A stretch of DNA of 64,000 nucleotides from Bacteroidales bacterium. GTDB lineage: Bacteria; Bacteroidota; Bacteroidia; Bacteroidales; UBA12077. Within the stretch, counting starts at the first letter, position 1, and every line of letters starts with the position of its first letter. Shown piece after piece: positions 9,737 to 18,309 of this stretch. Below the pieces are notes generated by a model. It did no database searches, was not told where the DNA came from, and saw only the letters and a list, made by a program, of their open reading frames with translations. The stretch covers positions 6,415-70,414 of the forward strand of contig JAIORB010000110.1 in NCBI GenBank assembly GCA_021108325.1. Direction: 5' to 3'. Both the position numbers and the translations under genes were made by a program.

Positions 9737-11032
9737 CTAATTTCCATTTTCTATTCTATCCACACAACGATACATTGCCTCACGCAAAGCTACTTCCCTG
9801 GGATCATTAACAAGATAGAGTCCCATTTTTGACATTACATAAGCATAACCTATTTCATTTTCAGGATCGGCAAATCCATATGATCCACCAGCTCCCGGTG
9901 TGCCAAACACTTTCTGGTTATTGCCATATAGTAAATCAGGGCCTGGTTTTATAAATCCATAAGAGAAATAAGTATCCAATCCCATAACAATATCGAATGC
10001 ACCAGCCGGAGGAATAATTGCTGGTTGTGTAATAAGATTGAATGTTTCATCTTTCAAATCCAACTCTTTTGCTCCCTTTGCAAAAACACTATACACCTTT
10101 GCAATAGATCGCGCATCGCCTATTCCATTTCCGGATGGCATTTCAACACTTTGCGTCACCCTGCTATTAGGGCTAAATTTTTCAGGAATTTTAAACGATA
10201 GATATAATATAGATTTTTTATTTCTGAAATCCTTTCTCATTTTTTCAGGCATTTTATTCATATTGAATATCAATTGCCCGATTGAAGGATAATAAACTTT
10301 CGCCAATTCCTCATCCGGTATGGTATCAGGTAGTCCGATATAAAATTCAAGATCTAAAGGTTCTGCAACTTCCTCAGCAAAAAATTGTCCTATACTTCTT
10401 CCATTGGGATCAACGCGTCGCATTAACTCATTCATATACATTCCCATTGTAGATAAATGATAACCATGCATTTCGCCTGGTTCCCAAAGAGGTTTTTGGC
10501 GAGCCATGATTTCGGCAATAAAATCAAAATCAGCTAAATCAGTAATTGTAAAAATCTCGTCTACCAGGCATAATCCTGCTTCGTGTGCTAATAACTGACG
10601 AACAGTAATATTTTCTTTACCATTTTGTGCAAATTCCGGCCAGTAAGTTGCAACTTTTTCATCGTAATCTAACCAACCGTTCGAGTGTGCCATAGCCAGA
10701 CACATTGCAGCCAGACCTTTTGTTGTAGAAAACACGATCACTTTTGTATCTTCTTCCCATTTCGATTTTGTTAATGCATCTCTGTAACCACCCCAAAGAT
10801 CCACAACTTTTTCATCTTTATAATAAATTGCTATTGCCGAACCATTTTCTTTTCTCTCAATAAAATTTCTGATGAATTCTTCTTTAACCTCTTCGAATCC
10901 GGGAGCAACATACCCATGGACTATTTCTTCAGGATGTTTTTTGACTTTATATGAAAGTGAACACTGACTTAAAAAAAAGATTATTAAAAAGAAAAGGCTT
11001 AAGAGAAAAGAGTTTTTAATCATAATACGCAC
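9737..11032 (-). CDS. Beta-lactamase-fold serine hydrolase (class C/esterase family), secreted
   Basis: Signal/lipoprotein-like N-terminus (FFLSQCS), SxxK motif (FSTTKGLAAM) and the overall length typical of the serine hydrolase family. Confidence 0.85.
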   Translation of the reverse strand: MRIMIKNSFLLSLFFLIIFFLSQCSLSYKVKKHPEEIVHGYVAPGFEEVKEEFIRNFIERKENGSAIAIYYKDEKVVDLWGGYRDALTKSKWEEDTKVIVFSTTKGLAAMCLAMAHSNGWLDYDEKVATYWPEFAQNGKENITVRQLLAHEAGLCLVDEIFTITDLADFDFIAEIMARQKPLWEPGEMHGYHLSTMGMYMNELMRRVDPNGRSIGQFFAEEVAEPLDLEFYIGLPDTIPDEELAKVYYPSIGQLIFNMNKMPEKMRKDFRNKKSILYLSFKIPEKFSPNSRVTQSVEMPSGNGIGDARSIAKVYSVFAKGAKELDLKDETFNLITQPAIIPPAGAFDIVMGLDTYFSYGFIKPGPDLLYGNNQKVFGTPGAGGSYGFADPENEIGYAYVMSKMGLYLVNDPREVALREAMYRCVDRIENGN

Positions 11033-11252
11033 TTAAAACGATTCTTTCAAATATAAAAATTTAATATAAAATTTGTGCATCAAGTAAAGTAAAAAGCGTA
11101 TTTTAGATAAAAGTGAATTTGGCATGAAGCTTGCAATAACATTAATGAACTCCAGTGCTCAACATAAATTCACCATTAATTATGGTTCAAAAAAAGAGAA
11201 AGGCTTCTATGTTTTTCTCTTTTGTTTTTATGAAACTCTATTTTTCTATGAC

Positions 11253-11339
11253 ATTCCTGACGCCGTGCCTGCCGGCAGGCAGGAAGTGAAACGGAGATCA
11301 GGAATCTAATATTAAATAGATTCCTGCCTGCGCAGGAAT
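11253..11339. repeat. Pair of GC-rich REP-like hairpins (ATTCCTG.../...CAGGAAT family)
   Basis: Hairpin 1: ATTCCTGA (11253..11260) / TCAGGAAT (11298..11305), enclosing the palindrome CCTGCCGGCAGG (11268..11279). Hairpin 2: ATTCCTGC (11320..11327) / GCAGGAAT (11332..11339). The track ORFs 11124..11309 and 11176..11388 are translations of this repeat. Confidence 0.6.
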
Positions 11340-11639
11340 GACACGCTGTTTTGTAATTAAACACCAAATTTAATCCCTTTTTGAACAATATCTTTTCGTA
11401 ATAATCAGACGAACCAAAAATACTTTCTCCTTAATCTCAAGTATAATAAACCATGTCTGCTTTTTTGCCGTATGGTGATTTACATCACCTTCCGTTAAAC
11501 TCCTTCCTGTCAGCGCTTTGCCAAAATTTCAAATTCTTATATACAATTTTATATTGTTTATCAAAACATGTTAGTTGTTCATCTAAAAAAAATATTTTTT
11601 ACATAATAAGTACGTATATGAAAATAAAACATTACAAAA

Positions 11640-13319
11640 ATGAAAACGGACGAAAAATTATTAGAGTTAGATTATCCTTCACCTAATAAGAGCAAAAGAT
11701 TTTTTGCAACTGTTGCCGGATATATTTCATTAATTTCATTTTTTATATTGTTAAGCAGTTATCAAATTCCAACCTTACGAATAAACAATAAGCTGGTAGA
11801 TATCAATTCATATCAGTCTCAAAATATAATAGAGAGCCAAATTAAATCTTTAATAGCTTTTAATAAAGCAGATACTTCCTCTGATATTAATAATCAGATA
11901 AACGAACTTTTAGTAAAGTTTTATGAAAACAGGGAATACAAACCTGCATGGATACAAAACTTTGCAACAAATCATCAGTTTTCAGCTATTATAAATTTGC
12001 TTGATAGTTCAAATTATTATGGTTTCCCGTTTGATTATTTTAATACAGAAAAAATTCATAGTTTAAAAAACAAATACAATAACGATTTATTAAAACAAAG
12101 AATTGATCTTGAATTATCAACTACATATTCGGTTTTTAAATTTATGATATATCTAAAGCATGGTATAACTGAAAAAGATACCTCATCGGATTACCTGGCT
12201 TATATTGAAACTTTACCTGAAATTTTAAACAAAGCAATTAATCAACCCAATCTTAAAAATGTAATACTATCTGTTCAGCCAAATATTGTTCACCACCGTA
12301 ATTTATTAAATTCATTACCTTATTTTATCGACCTTCATTATTCGGTTAAATATACCACACCTGCATTTATTGATGATAAATTGCTTGCTAAAAGCTTGTA
12401 TTATGCAGGGATAACTAAATCTCCTGTGTTCGATTCAACAAATGTTAAGTCAGATGTTCTTTATAAATTAGAGGAACAATACCAATTACCTAAAGATTCT
12501 ATTTTAAATGTACCAACACATCAAATATTGGTTTCTTTGTTAGAGTACAGGTATTTCCAAACATGTTTGAACCTTAACAGACTTCGAAACCTGAAACATT
12601 CAGGTAAAAATTATCTTTTTGTTAATATTCCGGAGTTTAAATTACATGTAATTGAATCTGATGAAGAAAAAGAAGCTTTTAATGTTATCGTTGGAAAACA
12701 AGGAACACCGACCCCAATATTTTCAAGTAATATTGAAAAAGTTATAGCAAATCCATACTGGACTGTTCCACGTAGTATTATAACAAATGAAATGATTCAT
12801 AAAATAAGAAAAGATTCAACCTATCTGAAAAGAAACGGGTTTTTTATAATAAATAATTACGAAGAAAGAGTAGATGTATCAACCATAAATTGGAATAAAA
12901 AAGATCCGCTGGGTAATAAATATTGGGTAAGGCAAATGAACAGCAGATATAATGCCCTGGGACAAGTAAAATTTATTTTTCCTAATAATCATAGTGTGTA
13001 CTTACACGATACGCCCTCAAAAACACTTTTCAAAAGAGAAAACCGCACTTTCTCACATGGATGTATTCGCCTTGAAAACCCTGATAAACTAGCTCAGTAC
13101 TTAACTGACAATTATTACTCTCAAAACGAACAAAGTATTGAAAAACTCATATTAGAAAAAGAACGTCATGTAATAGATCTATCAGAAAAAGTTAAAATAC
13201 ATATTCAGTATATCACATGTTCAGGCACCGAAAATTCTGATATGGTATTTTACAATGATGTATATAATCTGGACAAAGAAGAAATTAAGGCAGTTTTTCC
13301 AGATCAGATTGAGATATAG
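11640..13319 (+). CDS. L,D-transpeptidase (YcbB/YkuD family)
   Basis: C-terminal YkuD catalytic motif (VYLHDTPSKTLFKRENRTFSHGCIRLENP), an N-terminal TM anchor, and 559 aa as in YcbB-like enzymes. Confidence 0.85.
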   Translation: MKTDEKLLELDYPSPNKSKRFFATVAGYISLISFFILLSSYQIPTLRINNKLVDINSYQSQNIIESQIKSLIAFNKADTSSDINNQINELLVKFYENREYKPAWIQNFATNHQFSAIINLLDSSNYYGFPFDYFNTEKIHSLKNKYNNDLLKQRIDLELSTTYSVFKFMIYLKHGITEKDTSSDYLAYIETLPEILNKAINQPNLKNVILSVQPNIVHHRNLLNSLPYFIDLHYSVKYTTPAFIDDKLLAKSLYYAGITKSPVFDSTNVKSDVLYKLEEQYQLPKDSILNVPTHQILVSLLEYRYFQTCLNLNRLRNLKHSGKNYLFVNIPEFKLHVIESDEEKEAFNVIVGKQGTPTPIFSSNIEKVIANPYWTVPRSIITNEMIHKIRKDSTYLKRNGFFIINNYEERVDVSTINWNKKDPLGNKYWVRQMNSRYNALGQVKFIFPNNHSVYLHDTPSKTLFKRENRTFSHGCIRLENPDKLAQYLTDNYYSQNEQSIEKLILEKERHVIDLSEKVKIHIQYITCSGTENSDMVFYNDVYNLDKEEIKAVFPDQIEI

Positions 13320-13989
13320 GTATTAAAGAAGGATGGTAAATAAACAAACAAGAACCATCTTTTATTAAATTAATTATTTCCTCCACTTCATTATTTGGAA
13401 GTGCAGGACAACCAAAACTTCGCCCAATTCTACCATTATTTTCAATAAAGCTATCGCTTACATAATTTGCTCCATGAATAACTATTGCTCTTTTTCGGGC
13501 ATTATCATTCAGACCATTACTCATTCCATCTAACCTTAAAGAATAGCCATGTTTCCCAAAATATGTTTCGCTGGTAATATATAATCCCAAACTGCTTTTT
13601 CTTGAATGTCGTTTATTAGAAAATGATTCGGCGATATTTACTCCGGAATTTTTACCATGAGCAACTAAAGTATTTTTAACTATTTTCTGATTTTTCAAAT
13701 CCAAAACAAATAATCTTCTTTTGGTCGATGAACTACTAAAATCAATAATTGTAAGTAGTGAGTCATTTTGTAAAAGTTTTTTACTTTTTAACGCGAAGTA
13801 GCCATTTAATGCAAGATTAATCGCGGGAGAAGGTATTCCATAAGAATCAGTTAGTTGCTCTTTCCATACTGTATAACTGCTATCGTTTATGATTACATTT
13901 TCCTGCAAGGAATTTTCAGTTAATTGCATCCCTTGCAAATAAATACCAGAAACTAAGATTATAATAATAAATAGAATATATCGATTCAT
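13285..13989 (-). CDS. L,D-transpeptidase catalytic-domain family protein (YkuD_2-like), secreted
   Basis: Signal peptide plus the motifs LVAHGKNSG, SSLGLYITSETYFGKHGYSLRLDG, IVIHGANYV and GRSFGCPAL. Confidence 0.8.
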   Translation of the reverse strand: MNRYILFIIIILVSGIYLQGMQLTENSLQENVIINDSSYTVWKEQLTDSYGIPSPAINLALNGYFALKSKKLLQNDSLLTIIDFSSSSTKRRLFVLDLKNQKIVKNTLVAHGKNSGVNIAESFSNKRHSRKSSLGLYITSETYFGKHGYSLRLDGMSNGLNDNARKRAIVIHGANYVSDSFIENNGRIGRSFGCPALPNNEVEEIINLIKDGSCLFIYHPSLIPISQSDLEKLP

Positions 13990-14071
13990 AGAAGCATTTA
14001 TTTAATCGGCGAGGTTATGAATTTTTTACGAGAAATCAAAACAAGACTAATTATTTATTAAACACTAGACA

Positions 14072-14104
14072 CTGTCAGGTCCGTCAGCCGACGGACTCTG
14101 ACAG
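14072..14104. repeat. GC-rich two-tier hairpin (REP-like; possible rmuC terminator)
   Basis: CTGTCAG-GTCCGTC-agcc-GACGGAC-t-CTGACAG, i.e. 14 paired positions. It lies 92 nt downstream of the rmuC stop on the minus strand. Confidence 0.6.
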
Positions 14105-14195
14105 GTAAAGGATTAATCTTTAAGCAAACATTTTGGGATTTCTTTTTTAGTTTTTGCACCGAATAGCTTATGTTTTACATTATTGAAGCTACACT

Positions 14196-15545
14196 TTATT
14201 CTTCATCCATTGATTCTTCAACTATGTTATTGTCTGGCAATTCCAATATCTCTTTTGATTCAATTGGAGTAAAAGTCTCAACATCCTTTAGTTTTCTTTC
14301 CAATACATTTGTTCTGGTTGTACGCAGTTTCTCAAGAGTTCCTGAAGCTGTATTTATTTGACTATGAGCCTTTTCCAAAACATCTGAAAAGGTTTTAAAT
14401 TCTAGTTTTACGGCTTTTAAAATATCCCAGACTTCACTGCTTCTTTTTTGTACTGCCAGTGTTCTAAAGCCCATTTGCAAACTGCTTAAAAATGCAGATA
14501 AGGTTGTCGGGCCCGTAACTGTTATTTTATACTTTGTTTGAAGTGTTTCAAATAAACCAGGATGTCTTAACACTTCTGCAAATAAGCTTTCGACAGGTAA
14601 AAACATTATACCAAAATCTGTTGTATGAGGAGGATCAATATATTTTTCACTTATATCTTTTGCAAAACTTTCTATTTTTTTCAACAATACTTTTTGAGCA
14701 TTTTCTATGTCATTTTTATCTCCTTTTTCAAATGCATCAAGAAGTACATGATAATCTTCAATTGGAAATTTTGAATCAACAGGCATCCAAACTTCTTTGC
14801 CAGATTCTTTACCAGGAAGTTTGATTGCAAACTCTACATTTGCCTGACTTCCCTTTTTTGTTGCTACATTTTTGGCATACTGATCCGGTGTTAATATTTG
14901 TTCTAATATGTTCTCAAGTTGATACTCACCGAGTATGCCTCTTGTTTTTACATTAGACAAAACTTTTTTCAAATCACCTACCCCGGTTGCAATATTTTGC
15001 ATTTCACCTAAACCTTTATGAACCTGTTCTAATCTTTCACTTACCTGTTTAAATGATTCGCCTAGTCGTTTTTCTAAAGTAGTTTGAAGTTTCTCATCAA
15101 CCGTTTTCCTCATTTCATTAAGTTGCTGAGTATTGTCTTCTCTTATTGATTTTAAATGTTTCTCAATTGTGTTTTCAACTCCTTTAATATTATCAGTTTG
15201 CAGTCTATTTATATCAGCCTGCTGTTTACTAAAATCACCAAACTTTTGTCTGAGTAGTTCATTTAATTCTTTAATGTTTTCAGAAAATTTAACTTCAAAT
15301 GATTTCAACGAATTTGAGAGTTCTTCCCTATTTGTTTGTGAAATCTCATTGGCCTCTTTTCTGTTTCTTTGAAACTCATCTTTTATTGACTTTTCTGTTC
15401 TTTCTAAAGTAGTATCAAATTTCAGAATAGATGTTTCTATCTCCTTAAGCTGAGGTTTAATATCAAGTGAAACTTTCTTTTTTAATCCAATTATAATATT
15501 AATAATTACAAGGATAATCAATGTTATTAATAATGTTTCTATCAT
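14196..15545 (-). CDS. rmuC: DNA recombination protein RmuC
   Basis: N-terminal TM helix, long coiled-coil region and a C-terminal RmuC nuclease-like domain (TDFGIMFLPVESLFAEVLRHPGLFE...VTGPTTL). Confidence 0.9.
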   Translation of the reverse strand: MIETLLITLIILVIINIIIGLKKKVSLDIKPQLKEIETSILKFDTTLERTEKSIKDEFQRNRKEANEISQTNREELSNSLKSFEVKFSENIKELNELLRQKFGDFSKQQADINRLQTDNIKGVENTIEKHLKSIREDNTQQLNEMRKTVDEKLQTTLEKRLGESFKQVSERLEQVHKGLGEMQNIATGVGDLKKVLSNVKTRGILGEYQLENILEQILTPDQYAKNVATKKGSQANVEFAIKLPGKESGKEVWMPVDSKFPIEDYHVLLDAFEKGDKNDIENAQKVLLKKIESFAKDISEKYIDPPHTTDFGIMFLPVESLFAEVLRHPGLFETLQTKYKITVTGPTTLSAFLSSLQMGFRTLAVQKRSSEVWDILKAVKLEFKTFSDVLEKAHSQINTASGTLEKLRTTRTNVLERKLKDVETFTPIESKEILELPDNNIVEESMDEE

Positions 15546-15556
15546 CTTTTTATATC

Positions 15557-16693
15557 TCAGTTTTGTTCCAGCATATTTTCAAGTTCATTCAAAAAGACCA
15601 CAAGTTGTTCTTTTACTTTCTTGCGTCTCTCACTTTTTATTAGTTTTTTCAGATCATCTATAACTATTGTATATTCTATGTCCACAAGATATTTTGCCGC
15701 CCGAAGTTTTATATCATTATTTTTTTCAATTAATAAAGACCTTACTTTCTCAGCAGCAATCCAGGGATAAATTTCTTGTAATTCATCCATTGCAGAAATA
15801 ATTTCATCTTTTTTACCTTCGTCTAACTGCAATATTAGATTTTCAATTTTACCATTTAACTCATTATCCAAATTAACCTCATTTACCAGCAAATCAGGAC
15901 GAAAAACATTATTGTTATATGAAATAAACTTTTTATTGATTGACCAACGAACCATTCTGGGTATCATCCAACGCATACCGGGTGTTGATTCCGGATTCGC
16001 ATTTGTTATTATTATTTTCCCTTTGCCGTATTTTGAAGTAATAAACATCGGGAAACTTACTTCAGCATTAGCTATCTCGCCAAGAACATTAATATCGCTA
16101 ATGGTATCTAAAATTTTTATTTCCGAGCCTTGATTAAAATCTATTATGAGATTATCAAAATTTTCAAGTTCCGGAAACAATTTAACACCTTGTTCTGATA
16201 ATTTAAACTTAATTAAACCTGTATTAAAATTAGAAAGTGAATTCTCTTTTAATTCAATATTAACTAAACCAAGCGATTGACAATCTCGTGAATTTGTAAG
16301 TATTCCACCGCCATTGCATATTCCAATAGCTCCCTTCCCATTTTTTGATATAAAATTTTTAAAGATACCAGCTATTTCATCATCAAACTTTTCTATTTTC
16401 TGACCATTAAGCATTCCAGGGAAAATGATCACATCAATATTTTCGAGTTTTGTTTTTAAAACATCTGCATCCGTAAGAGTAACATACACAATCCCGCCAT
16501 CAATCTTTAATGCTTCGGCAATATATTTAATATTGAGATATTCAAAGCCCGTTGCTTTATAAATACCAACGGCTATAGTTTCCTGATTTAATGCTACTTT
16601 TTTAACATATTCGCTATCCTGACTTGTTCTATTACAAGAAACAAAGACAATAAATACTACTATAGTGAAGACTACTGCTATTAATCTTTTCAT
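15557..16693 (-). CDS. Lipoprotein with class-I glutamine-amidotransferase-like (BPL_N-like) domain and helical C-terminus
   Basis: Lipobox (FVSC), DVIIFPG...GAIGICNGGG resembling a GATase1-like fold, and a helical repeat tail. An 11-nt gap separates it from rmuC. Confidence 0.5.
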   Translation of the reverse strand: MKRLIAVVFTIVVFIVFVSCNRTSQDSEYVKKVALNQETIAVGIYKATGFEYLNIKYIAEALKIDGGIVYVTLTDADVLKTKLENIDVIIFPGMLNGQKIEKFDDEIAGIFKNFISKNGKGAIGICNGGGILTNSRDCQSLGLVNIELKENSLSNFNTGLIKFKLSEQGVKLFPELENFDNLIIDFNQGSEIKILDTISDINVLGEIANAEVSFPMFITSKYGKGKIIITNANPESTPGMRWMIPRMVRWSINKKFISYNNNVFRPDLLVNEVNLDNELNGKIENLILQLDEGKKDEIISAMDELQEIYPWIAAEKVRSLLIEKNNDIKLRAAKYLVDIEYTIVIDDLKKLIKSERRKKVKEQLVVFLNELENMLEQN

Positions 16694-16829
16694 TGTTTCG
16701 AAGATTTTGTGTTTTTAATAAAAAACTTGTGTTATTCCAAGTCTTAAAATAGTTACTAAAATTATGAATTTAATCTCTAAATATAAAGACAGAAATTAAT
16801 TATAATACAAATGCATTAAACTTTTGAGT

Positions 16830-17318
16830 TTAATTATTATGCGGATTTATCAATATCCGATAATCATTCATGAGTTCGTTGGGTAAAGTCAATGCAAGAT
16901 TGTAATGCTTAATCTTCCATCCATCTTTATACCTTTTTACAACTCCAGAGCCCCTGCATATTCCCATATGTGTTTCCAAAAGCTCATCAAACCATGCGTA
17001 CTGCAATTCATCAGAAAACTCCCAAATCCGGTTGTATGGTATAAATGCCCACGCCGTATCACGTTCAAAATACTTTATGCCCCATTCCATAAATTCATGT
17101 TTAAGCCATCGCTCCTGGGGATCAGTTCCTAAATATACGGCATTTGAATCAAGGCTTCCGAAAAAAACATTCTCATCTGCTATGGCCGCAGCATGATGCC
17201 AGTTATCCATAAAAGTATTCAGTATATCTATTTCGTCATCTCTGTCAATACTTTTTGGCGCCGTATTGCACGACCCTATAATGCAAATACCCAATAATAA
17301 AATAAAAATATTCTTCAT
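16830..17318 (-). CDS. NTF2-like (SnoaL/DUF4440-type) lipoprotein
   Basis: Lipobox (IIGSC), 162 aa. The pattern NWHHAAAIADENVFFGSLDSNAVYLGTD...GSGVVKRYKDGWKIKHYNL is typical of NTF2-fold proteins. Confidence 0.55.
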   Translation of the reverse strand: MKNIFILLLGICIIGSCNTAPKSIDRDDEIDILNTFMDNWHHAAAIADENVFFGSLDSNAVYLGTDPQERWLKHEFMEWGIKYFERDTAWAFIPYNRIWEFSDELQYAWFDELLETHMGICRGSGVVKRYKDGWKIKHYNLALTLPNELMNDYRILINPHNN

Positions 17319-17474
17319 AATTTATTCTTTCCATTAAACTGTTACAATTTAACAATAACAAATTAAAATCCGATAATTTAAAACATACTTATATTCTTAT
17401 TCATCTGATCAAATATTTTAACTTTGCCAATGCAAAAATCACTTTTTTAAACTTATTAAATAATATTGTCTTCA

Positions 17475-18167
17475 ATGAATAAATACAAACATATATATTT
17501 TGATCTTGACAGAACTATTTGGGATTTTGATAAAAATGCACGTGATACTTTACAAGATATTTTTGAAAAATATGATTTAAAAAAAATCTTTAAAACTTTT
17601 GATAATTTTTACAATAGCTATGTAAAACACAATGATATTTTATGGAATGATTATCGTGAAAAGAAAATTAAAAAATCGATCTTAAGTTACAAAAGATTTT
17701 CGTTAACACTAGAGGCATTTGGAGTTGATGATGAAGAGCTTGCCAAAAAAATTGCTCACGACTATATAAGTATTAGCCCTACAAAAAAGCAATTATTCCC
17801 TTATGCGCACGAGACTTTGGAATACTTACACACAAAATACAAACTCTATATAATTACGAATGGTTTTAACGAAGTTCAATTTACCAAACTAAAAAATAGC
17901 GATTTAGATAAATATTTTTTGAAGATATTTACATCAGAGGATGCAGGTGCACAAAAACCAGATCCAACAATTTTTCAGCATGCATTAAATAATGTAAATG
18001 CCAGTAAAAAAGAAAGTATTATGATTGGAGATGACCTTAATGTCGATATTCTTGGTGCTAAAACATTTGGATTGGATCAGGTATTTTTTAATCCTGAAAA
18101 CATAGAACATTCAGAAGATATTACACATGAGATTGCCTCTTTAAAAGAATTACAGAAGATATTATAA
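17475..18167 (+). CDS. HAD-superfamily hydrolase (YjjG-like nucleotidase subfamily)
   Basis: DxDxT motif (IYFDLDRTIWDF), ITNG, and KPDP...IGDD motifs. The ATG at 17475 is preferred over the TTG at 17466. Confidence 0.85.
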   Translation: MNKYKHIYFDLDRTIWDFDKNARDTLQDIFEKYDLKKIFKTFDNFYNSYVKHNDILWNDYREKKIKKSILSYKRFSLTLEAFGVDDEELAKKIAHDYISISPTKKQLFPYAHETLEYLHTKYKLYIITNGFNEVQFTKLKNSDLDKYFLKIFTSEDAGAQKPDPTIFQHALNNVNASKKESIMIGDDLNVDILGAKTFGLDQVFFNPENIEHSEDITHEIASLKELQKIL

Positions 18168-18203
18168 GTAAAAATCCACTCTCTAAGAAGGTAGCTTTGA
18201 ATT

Positions 18204-18224
18204 GCGCCCTTTGGGCGCTTTATT
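18204..18224. terminator. Hairpin GCGCCC-ttt-GGGCGC plus T-rich tail between convergent genes
   Basis: 6-bp GC stem at 18204..18218 followed by TTTATT. It lies 37 nt after the HAD stop and is embedded in a dispersed repeat copy. Confidence 0.55.
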
Positions 18225-18309
18225 AAAAGTAATCAAGGAAGAATGGAATAATGGAATATTGAATAATATGTTTTACACATTTACAATATTCATTAATCAA
18301 TATAAAATT

